DNA of 32,000 nucleotides from Buchnera aphidicola (Therioaphis trifolii). GTDB lineage: Bacteria; Pseudomonadota; Gammaproteobacteria; Enterobacterales; Enterobacteriaceae. Within the stretch, counting starts at the first letter, position 1. The number at the start of each line of letters is the position of its first letter. Under the pieces are notes generated by a model. That model searched no databases and had not been told where the DNA came from. It saw nothing but the letters and a program-made list of their open reading frames with translations. Of this stretch, positions 9,610 through 19,457 are shown in pieces. The DNA is taken from NCBI RefSeq assembly GCF_005080705.1, contig NZ_CP032996.1:300001-332000 (forward strand). Direction: 5' to 3'. The position numbers and the translations under genes were made by a program.

Positions 9610-11109
9610 ATGTTATATAAAAAAAAAATTAATGAAAGTAATGAATTTGAAATTCGAAAAAAAAAATTTTTAAAAATATATAAAAATAAATTTAATTTTC
9701 CAAATAATTTTAAATCAAATATTACAATTAAAAAAATTAATAAAAAATATATTAATTATACAAAAGAAGAATTACTTAAAATAAACATTAATTTTAATAT
9801 TACAGGTCGTATTATAAAACAAAGAATTATGGGGAAAGCCTCATTTATTATAATACGAGAATTACTTGAAGAAATTCAAATTTATGTTACAGAAAAAAAA
9901 ATATCTTCTGAATTTTACAATAATGAATTTAAAAAATGGGATATTGGAGATATTGTAGCAGTTCAAGGAAAAATTTTTAAAACAAAAACAGAACAATTAT
10001 CCATTTATTGCTCAGTAATTATACTTTTATCAAAATCATTACGTCCATTACCAGAAAAATTTCATGGGTTACATAATCAAGAAATTAGATATAGAAAAAG
10101 ATATTTAGATTTATTATCTAATAAAAATATTATGAAAAATTTTATAATAAGATCAAAAATTTTAAATATCATTAGAAATTTTATGAATCATAATAAATTT
10201 ATTGAAGTTGAAACACCTATGATGCAAAATATTCCAGGAGGAGCAAATGCAAAACCATTTATAACACATCATAATAGTTTAAATATTAATATGTATTTAA
10301 GAATTTCTCCAGAATTATATCTTAAACGATTAATTATTGGTGGATTTACAAAAATATATGAAATTAATAGAAATTTTAGAAATGAGGGTATTTCTAAAAA
10401 ACACAATCCTGAATTTACTATGATGGAACTTTATATTGCTTATGCAAATTATAAAGATTTAATGAAATTTATAATTAAATTAATAAAAAATATAACAAAA
10501 AAAATTAATAAAAATTATCAAATTAAGTATCAAGAATATATTTTTGACATTAATAAACCATTTAAAATATTAACTATGAAAAATGCTATTTTATATTATA
10601 ATAAAAATATTAAAAAAAATGAATTAAATAATATAAATAAGATAAAAAAAATTACTCAATTATATAATATTCCAATTAAAAAAAAATGGACAATTGAAAA
10701 AATTATAGTAAAAATATTTAAAGAAACTACAGAAAATAAATTAATTCAACCAACTTTTATTACAGAATTTCCAACTGAAGTATCTCCATTAGCTAGAAAA
10801 AAAAATAATAATAAAAAAATTGTTGAAAGATTTGAATTTTTTATAGGAGGTATGGAAATAGGGAACGGATTTTCAGAATTAAATGATCCTAAAGATCAAA
10901 AAAAACGTTTTTTAAAACAAACTAATAATAAAAATCAATTAAAAAATAAAATATCATTCTATGATTCAGAATATATAGAAGCATTAGAGTATGGTATGCC
11001 ACCTACAGCAGGTTTAGGAATTGGAATTGATAGATTAATTATGATTATGACTAATCAAAAAAATATTAAAGATGTCATATTATTTCCAACATTAAAACCA
11101 ATAATTTAA
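9610..11109 (+). CDS. lysS: Lysyl-tRNA synthetase (class II)
   Basis: The 499-aa ORF is collinear with E. coli LysS (RIMGKASF, ETPMMQNIPGGANAKPF, NRNFRNEGIS, GMPPTAGLGIGIDRL). It starts 11 nt after prfB, as in the E. coli prfB-lysS operon. Confidence 0.97.
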   Translation: MLYKKKINESNEFEIRKKKFLKIYKNKFNFPNNFKSNITIKKINKKYINYTKEELLKININFNITGRIIKQRIMGKASFIIIRELLEEIQIYVTEKKISSEFYNNEFKKWDIGDIVAVQGKIFKTKTEQLSIYCSVIILLSKSLRPLPEKFHGLHNQEIRYRKRYLDLLSNKNIMKNFIIRSKILNIIRNFMNHNKFIEVETPMMQNIPGGANAKPFITHHNSLNINMYLRISPELYLKRLIIGGFTKIYEINRNFRNEGISKKHNPEFTMMELYIAYANYKDLMKFIIKLIKNITKKINKNYQIKYQEYIFDINKPFKILTMKNAILYYNKNIKKNELNNINKIKKITQLYNIPIKKKWTIEKIIVKIFKETTENKLIQPTFITEFPTEVSPLARKKNNNKKIVERFEFFIGGMEIGNGFSELNDPKDQKKRFLKQTNNKNQLKNKISFYDSEYIEALEYGMPPTAGLGIGIDRLIMIMTNQKNIKDVILFPTLKPII

Positions 11110-11129
11110 TCATTTTATGGATAAATATA

Positions 11130-12398
11130 ATGAATTTTTTTAAAAAAACAAAATTACTAAATATTAAAACTATATTACCTAAATTAAAAAAAATATATGG
11201 ACCAACTTGGATTTATGATGCAGATATTATAAAAGAACAAATTAAAAAATTAAAAAAATTTGACATTATTCGTTTTGCACAAAAAGCTTGTTCAAATATT
11301 CATATATTAAGAATTATGAAAAAATATAAAGTTCATGTTGATGCAGTATCATTAGGAGAAATAGAACGAGCATTAACGTCAGGATTTCAAACAAAAAATG
11401 ATGAAATTATATTTACCTCTGATCTTATTGATCATGAAACATTAAATAAAATTATTGATTTCAAAATTACAGTTAATGCTGGATCTTTACATATGTTAAA
11501 AAAATTAGGAAAACACTCTCCAGGACATCGAGTATGGATTAGAATTAATCCAAAATTTGGTCATGGACATAATAAAAAAACTAATACAGGAGGTGAAAAT
11601 AGTAAACATGGAATTTGGAATTCAAAATTAGCAATATCAATAATAAAAAAATATAAATTAAATTTAGTAGGATTACATATGCATATAGGATCAGGAGTAA
11701 ATTATAAACATTTAAAAAATGTATGCAATGCTATGGTTAAAGAAGCAATTAAATTAGATCAAAATATTCAATATATTTCTGCAGGCGGAGGACTATCTAT
11801 ACCATACAAAAAAAATGACATACCAATTAATATTGATAATTATTTTGAATTATGGAATAATGCCAGAAATAATATATCTAAACATTTTCAAAACGCAATT
11901 AAATTAGAAATTGAACCAGGACGATTTTTAGTAGGGAATTGTGGAATTTTAATTTCTGAAATATATGAAATAAAAAAAGTTGGAAAAAAGATATTTATTT
12001 TAATTGATGTAGGATTTAATGATTTAATGAGACCAGTGTTATATGGAAGTTATCATTATATATCAATTATACCAAAAGATAAAAGAATTATAAATTATAA
12101 GAATACAATTAAAGTAGTAATAGGAGGACCTCTATGTGAATCAGGAGATGTATTTACCCAAGATCAAAATGGAGAATTAATAGAAAGAAAGTTACCAAAT
12201 GTAAAAATCGGAGATTATCTTATTTTTCATGATACTGGAGCTTATGGATCTTCTATGTCTTCAAATTATAATAGTAGACCATTAATACCAGAAATTTTAT
12301 TTGAAAATGGAATTCCAAAAATAATCCGAAAAAAACAAACAATACAAGAATTATTAAAATTAGAAATTGAGGCAAATAAAAAAAATATTTTATTTTAA
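11130..12398 (+). CDS. lysA: Diaminopimelate decarboxylase (last step of lysine synthesis)
   Basis: 422-aa ORF of the PLP-dependent Orn/DAP/Arg decarboxylase fold (FAQKACSN with the PLP lysine, HMHIGSG, EPGRFLVG, GPLCESGD). Its length equals that of E. coli LysA. Confidence 0.93.
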   Translation: MNFFKKTKLLNIKTILPKLKKIYGPTWIYDADIIKEQIKKLKKFDIIRFAQKACSNIHILRIMKKYKVHVDAVSLGEIERALTSGFQTKNDEIIFTSDLIDHETLNKIIDFKITVNAGSLHMLKKLGKHSPGHRVWIRINPKFGHGHNKKTNTGGENSKHGIWNSKLAISIIKKYKLNLVGLHMHIGSGVNYKHLKNVCNAMVKEAIKLDQNIQYISAGGGLSIPYKKNDIPINIDNYFELWNNARNNISKHFQNAIKLEIEPGRFLVGNCGILISEIYEIKKVGKKIFILIDVGFNDLMRPVLYGSYHYISIIPKDKRIINYKNTIKVVIGGPLCESGDVFTQDQNGELIERKLPNVKIGDYLIFHDTGAYGSSMSSNYNSRPLIPEILFENGIPKIIRKKQTIQELLKLEIEANKKNILF

Positions 12399-12467
12399 AA
12401 AATTTATATTTAATAAAAAAAATATTAATATAATATTATTATTTACTAAAATTAAGAAAATAAAAAA

Positions 12468-13796
12468 ATGAATAATAATAAAAAAAAATTTTATATTAAA
12501 ACATGGGGATGTCAAATGAATGAATATGATTCATTAATCATCTCTAATATGTTAAAAAAAAAAAAATATATTTTTACAAAAATATTTTATGAAGCAGATA
12601 TTTTAATTTTAAATACTTGCTCTATAAGAGAAAAAGCACAAGAAAAATTATTTCATCAATTAGGAAGATGGAAAGAAATAAAAAATAAAAATAAAAATAT
12701 CATTATAGCTGTTGGGGGATGTGTTGCAAATCAAGAAGGAAAAAAAATTCTGAAAAGAGCTAAATTTATAGATGTTATTTTTGGAACACAAACATTACAT
12801 CGATTACCAGAAATGATTGAAAAAAAAATCAAAAAAAATAAATTTATTATAGATATTAGCTTTCCTAAAATAGAAAAATTTAAAAATATAATACAACCTA
12901 TGTATAAAAATTATTCAGCATCTATTTCTATTATGGAAGGATGTAATAAATATTGTTCATTTTGTATTGTACCTTATACTAGAGGTAAAGAAATTAGTAG
13001 ACCATTTTATGATATAATAAAAGAAATTTCATTATTATCAGAAAATGGAATAAGAGAAATACAATTATTAGGACAAAATGTAAATTCTTATAAATATATT
13101 GATAAAAATAATATAAAATATACATTTGCAAAATTATTAAATGATATTGCTCTTATTCCTAAAATTAAAAGAATAAAATTTATAACTAGTAATCCTATGG
13201 ATTTTACTGATGATATAATTGAAATGTATTCTAAAATACCAAAAATAGTAAGTTTTTTACATTTACCAATACAAAGTGGTTCAAATAAAATTCTTAAATT
13301 AATGAAAAGACCATATTCAATTCAAAAATATAAAAATATAATTCAAAAATTAAGAATTGCTCGTCCAAATATACAAATTAGTTCTGATTTTATAGTTGGT
13401 TTTCCTGGAGAAACACAATTAGATTTTGAAAAAACAATGAAAATTATTTCTGAAATTAATTTTGATATGAGTTTTAGCTTTATATATTCTTCTAGACCTG
13501 GGACACCTGCATCTAAATTAAAGGATAATATTAGTATATTTGAAAAAAAAAATAGATTAAAAATATTACAAAAACAAATAAAAATACAAACATTAAATTG
13601 GAGTAAAAAAATGATTAATAGTACTCAAAAAATATTAGTAGAAAATATTTTTGATAAAAAAAATAATCAATTTTTAGGAAAAACAGAAAATAATAGAACA
13701 GTTATTTTTTATAGTCAAAAAAATGTGATTGGAAAAATTATTAAAGTAAAAATTATTAATAAAAATAAAAAATTTTTAGAAGGACAATGCATATAA
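12468..13796 (+). CDS. miaB: tRNA-2-methylthio-N6-dimethylallyladenosine synthase (radical SAM)
   Basis: 442-aa ORF with the N-terminus FYIKTWGCQMNEYDS and the radical-SAM cluster motif EGCNKYCSFCIVPYTRG. It is collinear with E. coli MiaB. Confidence 0.96.
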   Translation: MNNNKKKFYIKTWGCQMNEYDSLIISNMLKKKKYIFTKIFYEADILILNTCSIREKAQEKLFHQLGRWKEIKNKNKNIIIAVGGCVANQEGKKILKRAKFIDVIFGTQTLHRLPEMIEKKIKKNKFIIDISFPKIEKFKNIIQPMYKNYSASISIMEGCNKYCSFCIVPYTRGKEISRPFYDIIKEISLLSENGIREIQLLGQNVNSYKYIDKNNIKYTFAKLLNDIALIPKIKRIKFITSNPMDFTDDIIEMYSKIPKIVSFLHLPIQSGSNKILKLMKRPYSIQKYKNIIQKLRIARPNIQISSDFIVGFPGETQLDFEKTMKIISEINFDMSFSFIYSSRPGTPASKLKDNISIFEKKNRLKILQKQIKIQTLNWSKKMINSTQKILVENIFDKKNNQFLGKTENNRTVIFYSQKNVIGKIIKVKIINKNKKFLEGQCI

Positions 13797-13815
13797 TATA
13801 ATATAATTATATAAT

Positions 13816-14268
13816 ATGAAAAAATTAAAATTACATATACAAATAAATACTAAATTAAAATTTTTTATTCCAAAAAAAAAAAAAATAAAAAATTGGATAC
13901 AAAATATTTTAAAAGAAAACTCTGAAATTACTATAAGAATAGTAAATGAATCAGAAATAAAAAAGATAAATTTTAAATATAGAAATTGTAATAAACCAAC
14001 TAATATATTATCTTTTGAATACAAAGATTTTAAAAAAAATAATTATTTATTACTTGGAGATTTAATTATTTGTCCAAAAATAATAAAACAAGAATCAATA
14101 ATACAAAATAAAAATATAGAATCACATTGGGCTCATATTATTATTCATGGAACATTACATTTAATAGGGTATCATCATAATAATCAATTTCAAAAAAATA
14201 TTATGGAAAAAATAGAAATTAAAATAATGAAAAAAATAGGATATAAAAATCCATATTTTATAAATTAA
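13816..14268 (+). CDS. ybeY: Endoribonuclease YbeY (16S rRNA 3'-end maturation)
   Basis: 150-aa ORF with KPTNILSF, LGDLIIC and the zinc motif HWAHIIIHGTLHLIGYHH. It lies downstream of miaB, as in E. coli. Confidence 0.93.
   Translation: MKKLKLHIQINTKLKFFIPKKKKIKNWIQNILKENSEITIRIVNESEIKKINFKYRNCNKPTNILSFEYKDFKKNNYLLLGDLIICPKIIKQESIIQNKNIESHWAHIIIHGTLHLIGYHHNNQFQKNIMEKIEIKIMKKIGYKNPYFIN
13872..13885 (+). repeat. A14 homopolymer inside ybeY (codons P-K-K-K-K-I)
   Basis: Counted directly: cc followed by 14 A (13872-13885), then t. Confidence 0.95.
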
Positions 14269-14382
14269 AAAATATTTTTTTAACATAAAAAATATTATAT
14301 TAAATAAAATATAAATAGTTTTTTTAAAAATTAATATATTAAATATAAATTGTAACTTTATAAAATTAAAATAATATCACAA

Positions 14383-16935
14383 ATGCAAAAAACATATGAT
14401 CCAAATACATTAGAATTTATTGTTCAAGAATATTGGGAAAAAAATAAAACATTTAAAGTTTTTGAAAATAAAAACAAAATAAAATATTATTGTTTAGCTA
14501 TGTTACCATACCCGTCTGGAAAACTCCATATGGGACATGTTAGAAATTATACTATTAGTGATGTTATTGCTCGTTATCAAAGAATGATTGGAAAAAATGT
14601 ATTACATCCTATTGGATGGGATGCTTTTGGTTTACCTGCTGAAGAAGCTGCAATTAAACATAATATTATTCCATCTAAATGGACAAATACTAATATTAAA
14701 TATATGAAGCAACAGTTAAAAAAATTAGGTTTTAGTTATGATTGGGATAGAGAAATTACTACTTGTGATTCAGAATATTATAAATGGGAGCAGTGGTTTT
14801 TTAAAAAATTATATAAATTAAATTTAATATATAAAAAAACTTCGCTTATTAATTGGTGTCCAAAAGATAAAACAGTATTAGCAAATGAACAAGTAATTAA
14901 TGGAACATGTTGGAGATGTCAAAGTAAAATTATTACAAAAATAATACCTCAGTGGTTTATTAAAATAAAAAAATATGCCGAAAAATTACTTAAAGATTTA
15001 AATTTATTAAATCAATGGCCTAAAAAAGTTATTAAAATGCAAAAAAATTGGATTGGAAAATTTAAAGGATTCGAAATTCAATTTGAACTTACTAATACTA
15101 ATAAAAAAATAAAAACATATACTACACGATTAGACTTATTATTTGGAATAACATATATATCAATATCTCCATTACATGATTTAGCAAAAAAAGAATTAAA
15201 TTCAAATGAAGTACAAAATATTATTAAAAATACCTATAATGTAAATCAAAATTATGAATATTCAAAAATACAATATTTAGGAAAAAAAATTTCAAGATAT
15301 GCTATTCATCCTATTACAAAAAAAAAAATTCCAATATGGATTACAAATTATATTAATTTAGAATATGATGTAAATAGTAAAATATCTTTTTCTGGACATA
15401 ATAAATATGATTGGGAATTTTCAAAAAAATATAACATAAAAAATAAATTTGTTATTTTAAAAGACAATAATATTATACCTAATATTGATGATTATCCTAT
15501 AGAAAATACTGGAATTTTATTTAATTCATATGAATTTAATGGATTAAATAGTACTGTTGCTCAAAAAAAAATTTTCAATTTATTAAATAAAAAAAATATT
15601 ATTAAAAAAAAAAATAAATATAAATTACAAGATTGGGGCATATCACGACAAAGATATTGGGGAACTCCAATTCCTGTAGCATATCATAAAAATAATACTA
15701 TTTTAATACCAAATAAAAAATTACCAATATTACCGCCAAAAATTAAAAATATGAGTGATTTTAAAAATATCAAAGAAATTTATAAAAATTGGTCAAAAAT
15801 TACAATTAATAATATTTCAATGATTAAAGAAACAGATACATTTGATACTTTTATAGAATCTTCATGGTATTATATTAGATATACTGCTCCAAAATATAAT
15901 GGTATGATAAATAAAAAAGCAGCAAATTATTGGTTACCAATTGATCAATATATAGGTGGTATTGAACATGCTACTATGCATTTAATATATTTTAGATTTT
16001 TTCACAAATTATTATATGAATTAAATTTAGTAAATTATCCAGAACCAGCAAAAAAATTATTATGTCAAGGTATGGTATTGTCTGATGCTTTTTATTATAT
16101 TGATAATACAGGAAAAAAAATATGGATTTCAAAAGAAAATATAAAAATTATAAAAAATAAGCATGGAAAAATAAAAAATATTATATCAAATAATATTTAT
16201 AAAATTATTCATGCTGGAATGATAAAAATGTCAAAATCAAAAAATAATGGTATAGATCCTGAATTAATGATTAAAAAATATGGAGCTGATACTATAAGAT
16301 TATTTATTATGTTTTCTGCCCCAGTAACATCAAATATAGAATGGAATGAATCTGGTGTAAAAGGTATGTATAGATTTTTACAAAAAATATGGACTATTGT
16401 TTATAATTATATTCATAATGTTACTAATTTAAATAATAATAAAAAAAAATACCAAATAGAAGAAATTAAATATATTTTAAATCAAACAATATTAAAAGTT
16501 TCACAAGATATAGAAAATAGACAATCTTTTAATACAGCAATATCTGAAATTATGAAATTCATTAATATTTTTAGTCAAATTATACAAAATGATGATAATT
16601 TTATAAAAAAAACAATCAATATCATTTTAAAATTATTATATCCATTTACTCCACATTTTAGTTTTATATTATGGAAAAAAATGAATAATAATACAATTAT
16701 TGATTATGAAAAGTGGCCAAAATATGATAAAAAATATATTATTAAAAATAATATTAATTTTATAATTCAGGTGAATGGGAAAAAAAAAGATATTTTAATA
16801 ATTAAAAATAATACTACACAACAAACAATATTAAATATATTATATAAAAAATCAAAAATATCAAGTATTTTAAAAATCCAAGAAATTAAAAAAATAATAT
16901 ACATACCTAATAAATTAATTAATCTAATCATATAA
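14383..16935 (+). CDS. leuS: Leucyl-tRNA synthetase
   Basis: 850-aa ORF with PYPSGKLHMGHVRNYT (HIGH region) and KMSKSKNNG (KMSKS). It is collinear with E. coli LeuRS. Confidence 0.98.
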   Translation: MQKTYDPNTLEFIVQEYWEKNKTFKVFENKNKIKYYCLAMLPYPSGKLHMGHVRNYTISDVIARYQRMIGKNVLHPIGWDAFGLPAEEAAIKHNIIPSKWTNTNIKYMKQQLKKLGFSYDWDREITTCDSEYYKWEQWFFKKLYKLNLIYKKTSLINWCPKDKTVLANEQVINGTCWRCQSKIITKIIPQWFIKIKKYAEKLLKDLNLLNQWPKKVIKMQKNWIGKFKGFEIQFELTNTNKKIKTYTTRLDLLFGITYISISPLHDLAKKELNSNEVQNIIKNTYNVNQNYEYSKIQYLGKKISRYAIHPITKKKIPIWITNYINLEYDVNSKISFSGHNKYDWEFSKKYNIKNKFVILKDNNIIPNIDDYPIENTGILFNSYEFNGLNSTVAQKKIFNLLNKKNIIKKKNKYKLQDWGISRQRYWGTPIPVAYHKNNTILIPNKKLPILPPKIKNMSDFKNIKEIYKNWSKITINNISMIKETDTFDTFIESSWYYIRYTAPKYNGMINKKAANYWLPIDQYIGGIEHATMHLIYFRFFHKLLYELNLVNYPEPAKKLLCQGMVLSDAFYYIDNTGKKIWISKENIKIIKNKHGKIKNIISNNIYKIIHAGMIKMSKSKNNGIDPELMIKKYGADTIRLFIMFSAPVTSNIEWNESGVKGMYRFLQKIWTIVYNYIHNVTNLNNNKKKYQIEEIKYILNQTILKVSQDIENRQSFNTAISEIMKFINIFSQIIQNDDNFIKKTINIILKLLYPFTPHFSFILWKKMNNNTIIDYEKWPKYDKKYIIKNNINFIIQVNGKKKDILIIKNNTTQQTILNILYKKSKISSILKIQEIKKIIYIPNKLINLII

Positions 16936-16938
16936 ATT

Positions 16939-17865
16939 ATGAATTCTTATATAAAGTATAATATATTAAATAAGATATCATTAAATAAAATACATTATTA
17001 TTGTATTTTAGAAAATAATTTTTTTATTGCTTATGAAATCAAAAAAAAAATATTAAATTTTTTTTTAAAAAAAAAATTATATCATTTAATTAAAATTAAA
17101 ATTACATCTAATATTGATTGGAATAAAATATATCGGGAATATCAACAAAAAGATATATTTAAAAAAAAAAAATTATTGTTAATTAATATATATATAAAAA
17201 AAATAAATAATTATATTTTATATACATTAAAAAATATTTTAAAATATAAAAATAAAAATATAATATTATTATTGAATTTTATAAAAATACAATATAAAAA
17301 TAATATTATATTTTTTAAAAAAATTATTCAATTAAATAAATTTTTAATAATTGATTGTCCATATCTTACAGAACTAGAAACTCAAATATGGATTCAAGAA
17401 AAAATAAAAAAAATGAATTTAAATTTAACATCTAAAATCATTATTTTTTTATCAAAAATATATAAAAATAATTTATTATTTTTATTTAAAATATTAGAAG
17501 TATTAAGTCTAAATAGTTATGATCAAATTATTACTATGAAACATGTTAAAACAATTTTAAATAAAAATATTACATCGAATATTAAAAATTGGATTTTCTT
17601 ATTATTTTCCAAACAAAAAATTAAAGCAATAAAAACATTAAATTTATTAAAAAATACAAATTATAAAATATCTTATTTATTAAGAGCTATACAAAATAAT
17701 TTAATATATTATTTACATATAAATAAAAATTATATTTATAAAAATCATAATATAAAAATATATAAAATTTTTAATATTTTAACTAAAATAGAAATAAATA
17801 ATAAAAAAAATAAAAATAATCCATTAATATGGCAATATTTAAAAACATTAATTTTATTATTTTAA
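16939..17865 (+). CDS. holA: DNA polymerase III delta subunit, highly diverged
   Basis: The 308-aa ORF starts 3 nt after the leuS stop. Islands of similarity to E. coli HolA occur in the right order. DWNKIY matches DWNAIF. KKMNLNLTSKIIIFLSKIYKNNLLFLFKILEVLSL matches KQLNLELDDAANQVLCYCYEGNLLALAQALERLSL. KAIKTLNLLKNTNYKISYLLRAIQ matches RALHILQQLRLEGSEPVILLRTLQ. Synteny is leuS-(lptE)-holA. Confidence 0.78.
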   Translation: MNSYIKYNILNKISLNKIHYYCILENNFFIAYEIKKKILNFFLKKKLYHLIKIKITSNIDWNKIYREYQQKDIFKKKKLLLINIYIKKINNYILYTLKNILKYKNKNIILLLNFIKIQYKNNIIFFKKIIQLNKFLIIDCPYLTELETQIWIQEKIKKMNLNLTSKIIIFLSKIYKNNLLFLFKILEVLSLNSYDQIITMKHVKTILNKNITSNIKNWIFLLFSKQKIKAIKTLNLLKNTNYKISYLLRAIQNNLIYYLHINKNYIYKNHNIKIYKIFNILTKIEINNKKNKNNPLIWQYLKTLILLF

Positions 17866-17891
17866 AAAAAATTATATTTAATAAAAAATAT

Positions 17892-18116
17892 ATGTTACTA
17901 AAAATATTTAATTTAACCAAATTTAAATGTCCAGATACTATTATTATGGTAAGGAAAATAATAAGAAATATCCATAAAAAAAATATAATACTAATTCTTT
18001 CAAATGATATTTCTACAAAATGGGATATACCTTTATTTTGTAAATTTATGAAATATAAATTAATTAAAAAAAAAATAAATAATAAACCATATCAATTTTT
18101 TATTCAAAAAAAATAA
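17892..18116 (+). CDS. tusA: Sulfur-carrier protein TusA (2-thiouridine sulfur relay)
   Basis: The 75-aa form starts at the internal ATG 17892. KCPDTIIMVRKIIRNI ... WDIPLFCKFMKYKLI ... PYQFFIQKK aligns with E. coli TusA LRCPEPVMMVRKTVRNM ... RDIPGFCTFMEHELV ... PYRYLIRKG, including the active-site Cys. The ORF-track start at 17829 would overlap holA. Confidence 0.88.
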   Translation: MLLKIFNLTKFKCPDTIIMVRKIIRNIHKKNIILILSNDISTKWDIPLFCKFMKYKLIKKKINNKPYQFFIQKK

Positions 18117-18133
18117 AATATAAAATTTATAAA

Positions 18134-19243
18134 TTAAGTATTAATTAAAATCATTAATACTCTACGTATTGGTTCTGCTGCTCCCCATAATAATTGATCA
18201 CCAACAGTAAAAATAGATAATAATTTAGAATGTACATTCAATTTTCTAATTCTACCTACAGAAATATTTAATGTTCCTGTTATAGCCATAGGTGTTAATA
18301 AATTAATTGTTGATTGAAAATTATTAGGAACAATTCTAACCCAATGATTTTGTTCTTGAAGAATTTGTATAATATTAGAATATGATAAATCTTTTTTTAA
18401 TTTTATAATAAATGATTGACTATGACAACGAAATGTTCCAACACGAACACATGTTCCATCAATTGGAATAAGTTTATTTGTATCAAGTATTTTATTTGCT
18501 TCAGCTTGAACTTTCCATTCTTCTTTAGTTTGATTATTTTTTAAAGCATAATCAATCCAGGGTAATACATTTCCTGCAAGAGGAGCACAAAATTCTTTTA
18601 TTGGAAAATTTTTTTCTTTAATAGATTTTGAGATTTTTTTTTCAATTTCTAAAATAGAAATATTTACAGAATTTAAATCGTCTGAAACAGAATTATATAA
18701 ATATCCCATTTGTTTTATTAATTCTAAAATATTTTTAGATCCAGCACCAGAAGCTGCTTGATATGTAGAAAAAGTAATCCAATCAACTAAATTATTAAAA
18801 AATAATCCACCTAATGCCAATAACATTAAACTAACAGTACAATTACCACCTACAAAAGTTTTTTTTCCATTATTAATACCAGAATAAATAGATTGTAAAT
18901 TAATTGGATCTAAAACAATAATAGAATCATCCTTCATTCTTAACGAAGAAGCAGCATCCACCCAATATCCTAACCAACCTAATTTTCTTAATTTTTTATA
19001 AATAAAATTAGTATATTCTCCTCCTTGACATGATATAATAATATCCATGGTATTTAATAATTCTAAATTATAAGCATCTTGTAATTTATTTTTACCTATA
19101 ATATTTGGACCTAAATTACCAGGTTGGGATGTTGAAAAAAATATAGGATTAATGTTTTCAAAATCATTTTCTTCAATCATTCTTTGTATTAATACAGAAC
19201 CTACCATTCCTCTCCAACCAATAAATCCAATAGTTTTTTTCAT
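18134..19243 (-). CDS. asd: Aspartate-semialdehyde dehydrogenase
   Basis: The 369-aa ORF is collinear with E. coli Asd (GFIGWRGMVGSVL, GGNCTVSLML active-site Cys, RVGTFRCHSQ, FTVGDQLLWGAAEP). GGAGA lies 9 nt upstream of the ATG. Confidence 0.97.
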   Translation of the reverse strand: MKKTIGFIGWRGMVGSVLIQRMIEENDFENINPIFFSTSQPGNLGPNIIGKNKLQDAYNLELLNTMDIIISCQGGEYTNFIYKKLRKLGWLGYWVDAASSLRMKDDSIIVLDPINLQSIYSGINNGKKTFVGGNCTVSLMLLALGGLFFNNLVDWITFSTYQAASGAGSKNILELIKQMGYLYNSVSDDLNSVNISILEIEKKISKSIKEKNFPIKEFCAPLAGNVLPWIDYALKNNQTKEEWKVQAEANKILDTNKLIPIDGTCVRVGTFRCHSQSFIIKLKKDLSYSNIIQILQEQNHWVRIVPNNFQSTINLLTPMAITGTLNISVGRIRKLNVHSKLLSIFTVGDQLLWGAAEPIRRVLMILINT

Positions 19244-19457
19244 AAAATATATTCTCCATTAATAATATATAAATATAATAATACACTTATTATATTGTAT
19301 TTTTTAATATATAATTTTATTTTATATATTTTAAATATTTATATTTATTATAAATATAATATAATTTATTTAATATTAAATATATATTTTTATAATATTA
19401 TTGTTTATAATAATTAAAATATTTTATATTAACATTATTCAAAATGGAATAATTAAA

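Noticed and set aside
13776-14024. 82-aa minus-strand ORF across the miaB/ybeY junction
   Set aside because: It is antisense to two well-supported genes. Its F/I-rich low-complexity product comes from the complement of AAA/AAT-rich codons. It is an artefact of composition.
17829-17891. Upstream 21-codon extension of the tusA ORF (ORF-track start 17829)
   Set aside because: It would overlap the end of holA by 37 nt and adds residues with no counterpart in E. coli TusA. Homology begins right after the internal ATG at 17892.
19401-19457. TTG-initiated 19-codon extension of yhgN
   Set aside because: E. coli YhgN starts MNEIIS, and the matching MNEMIS begins at the ATG at 19458. The extension lies in pure A/T spacer.
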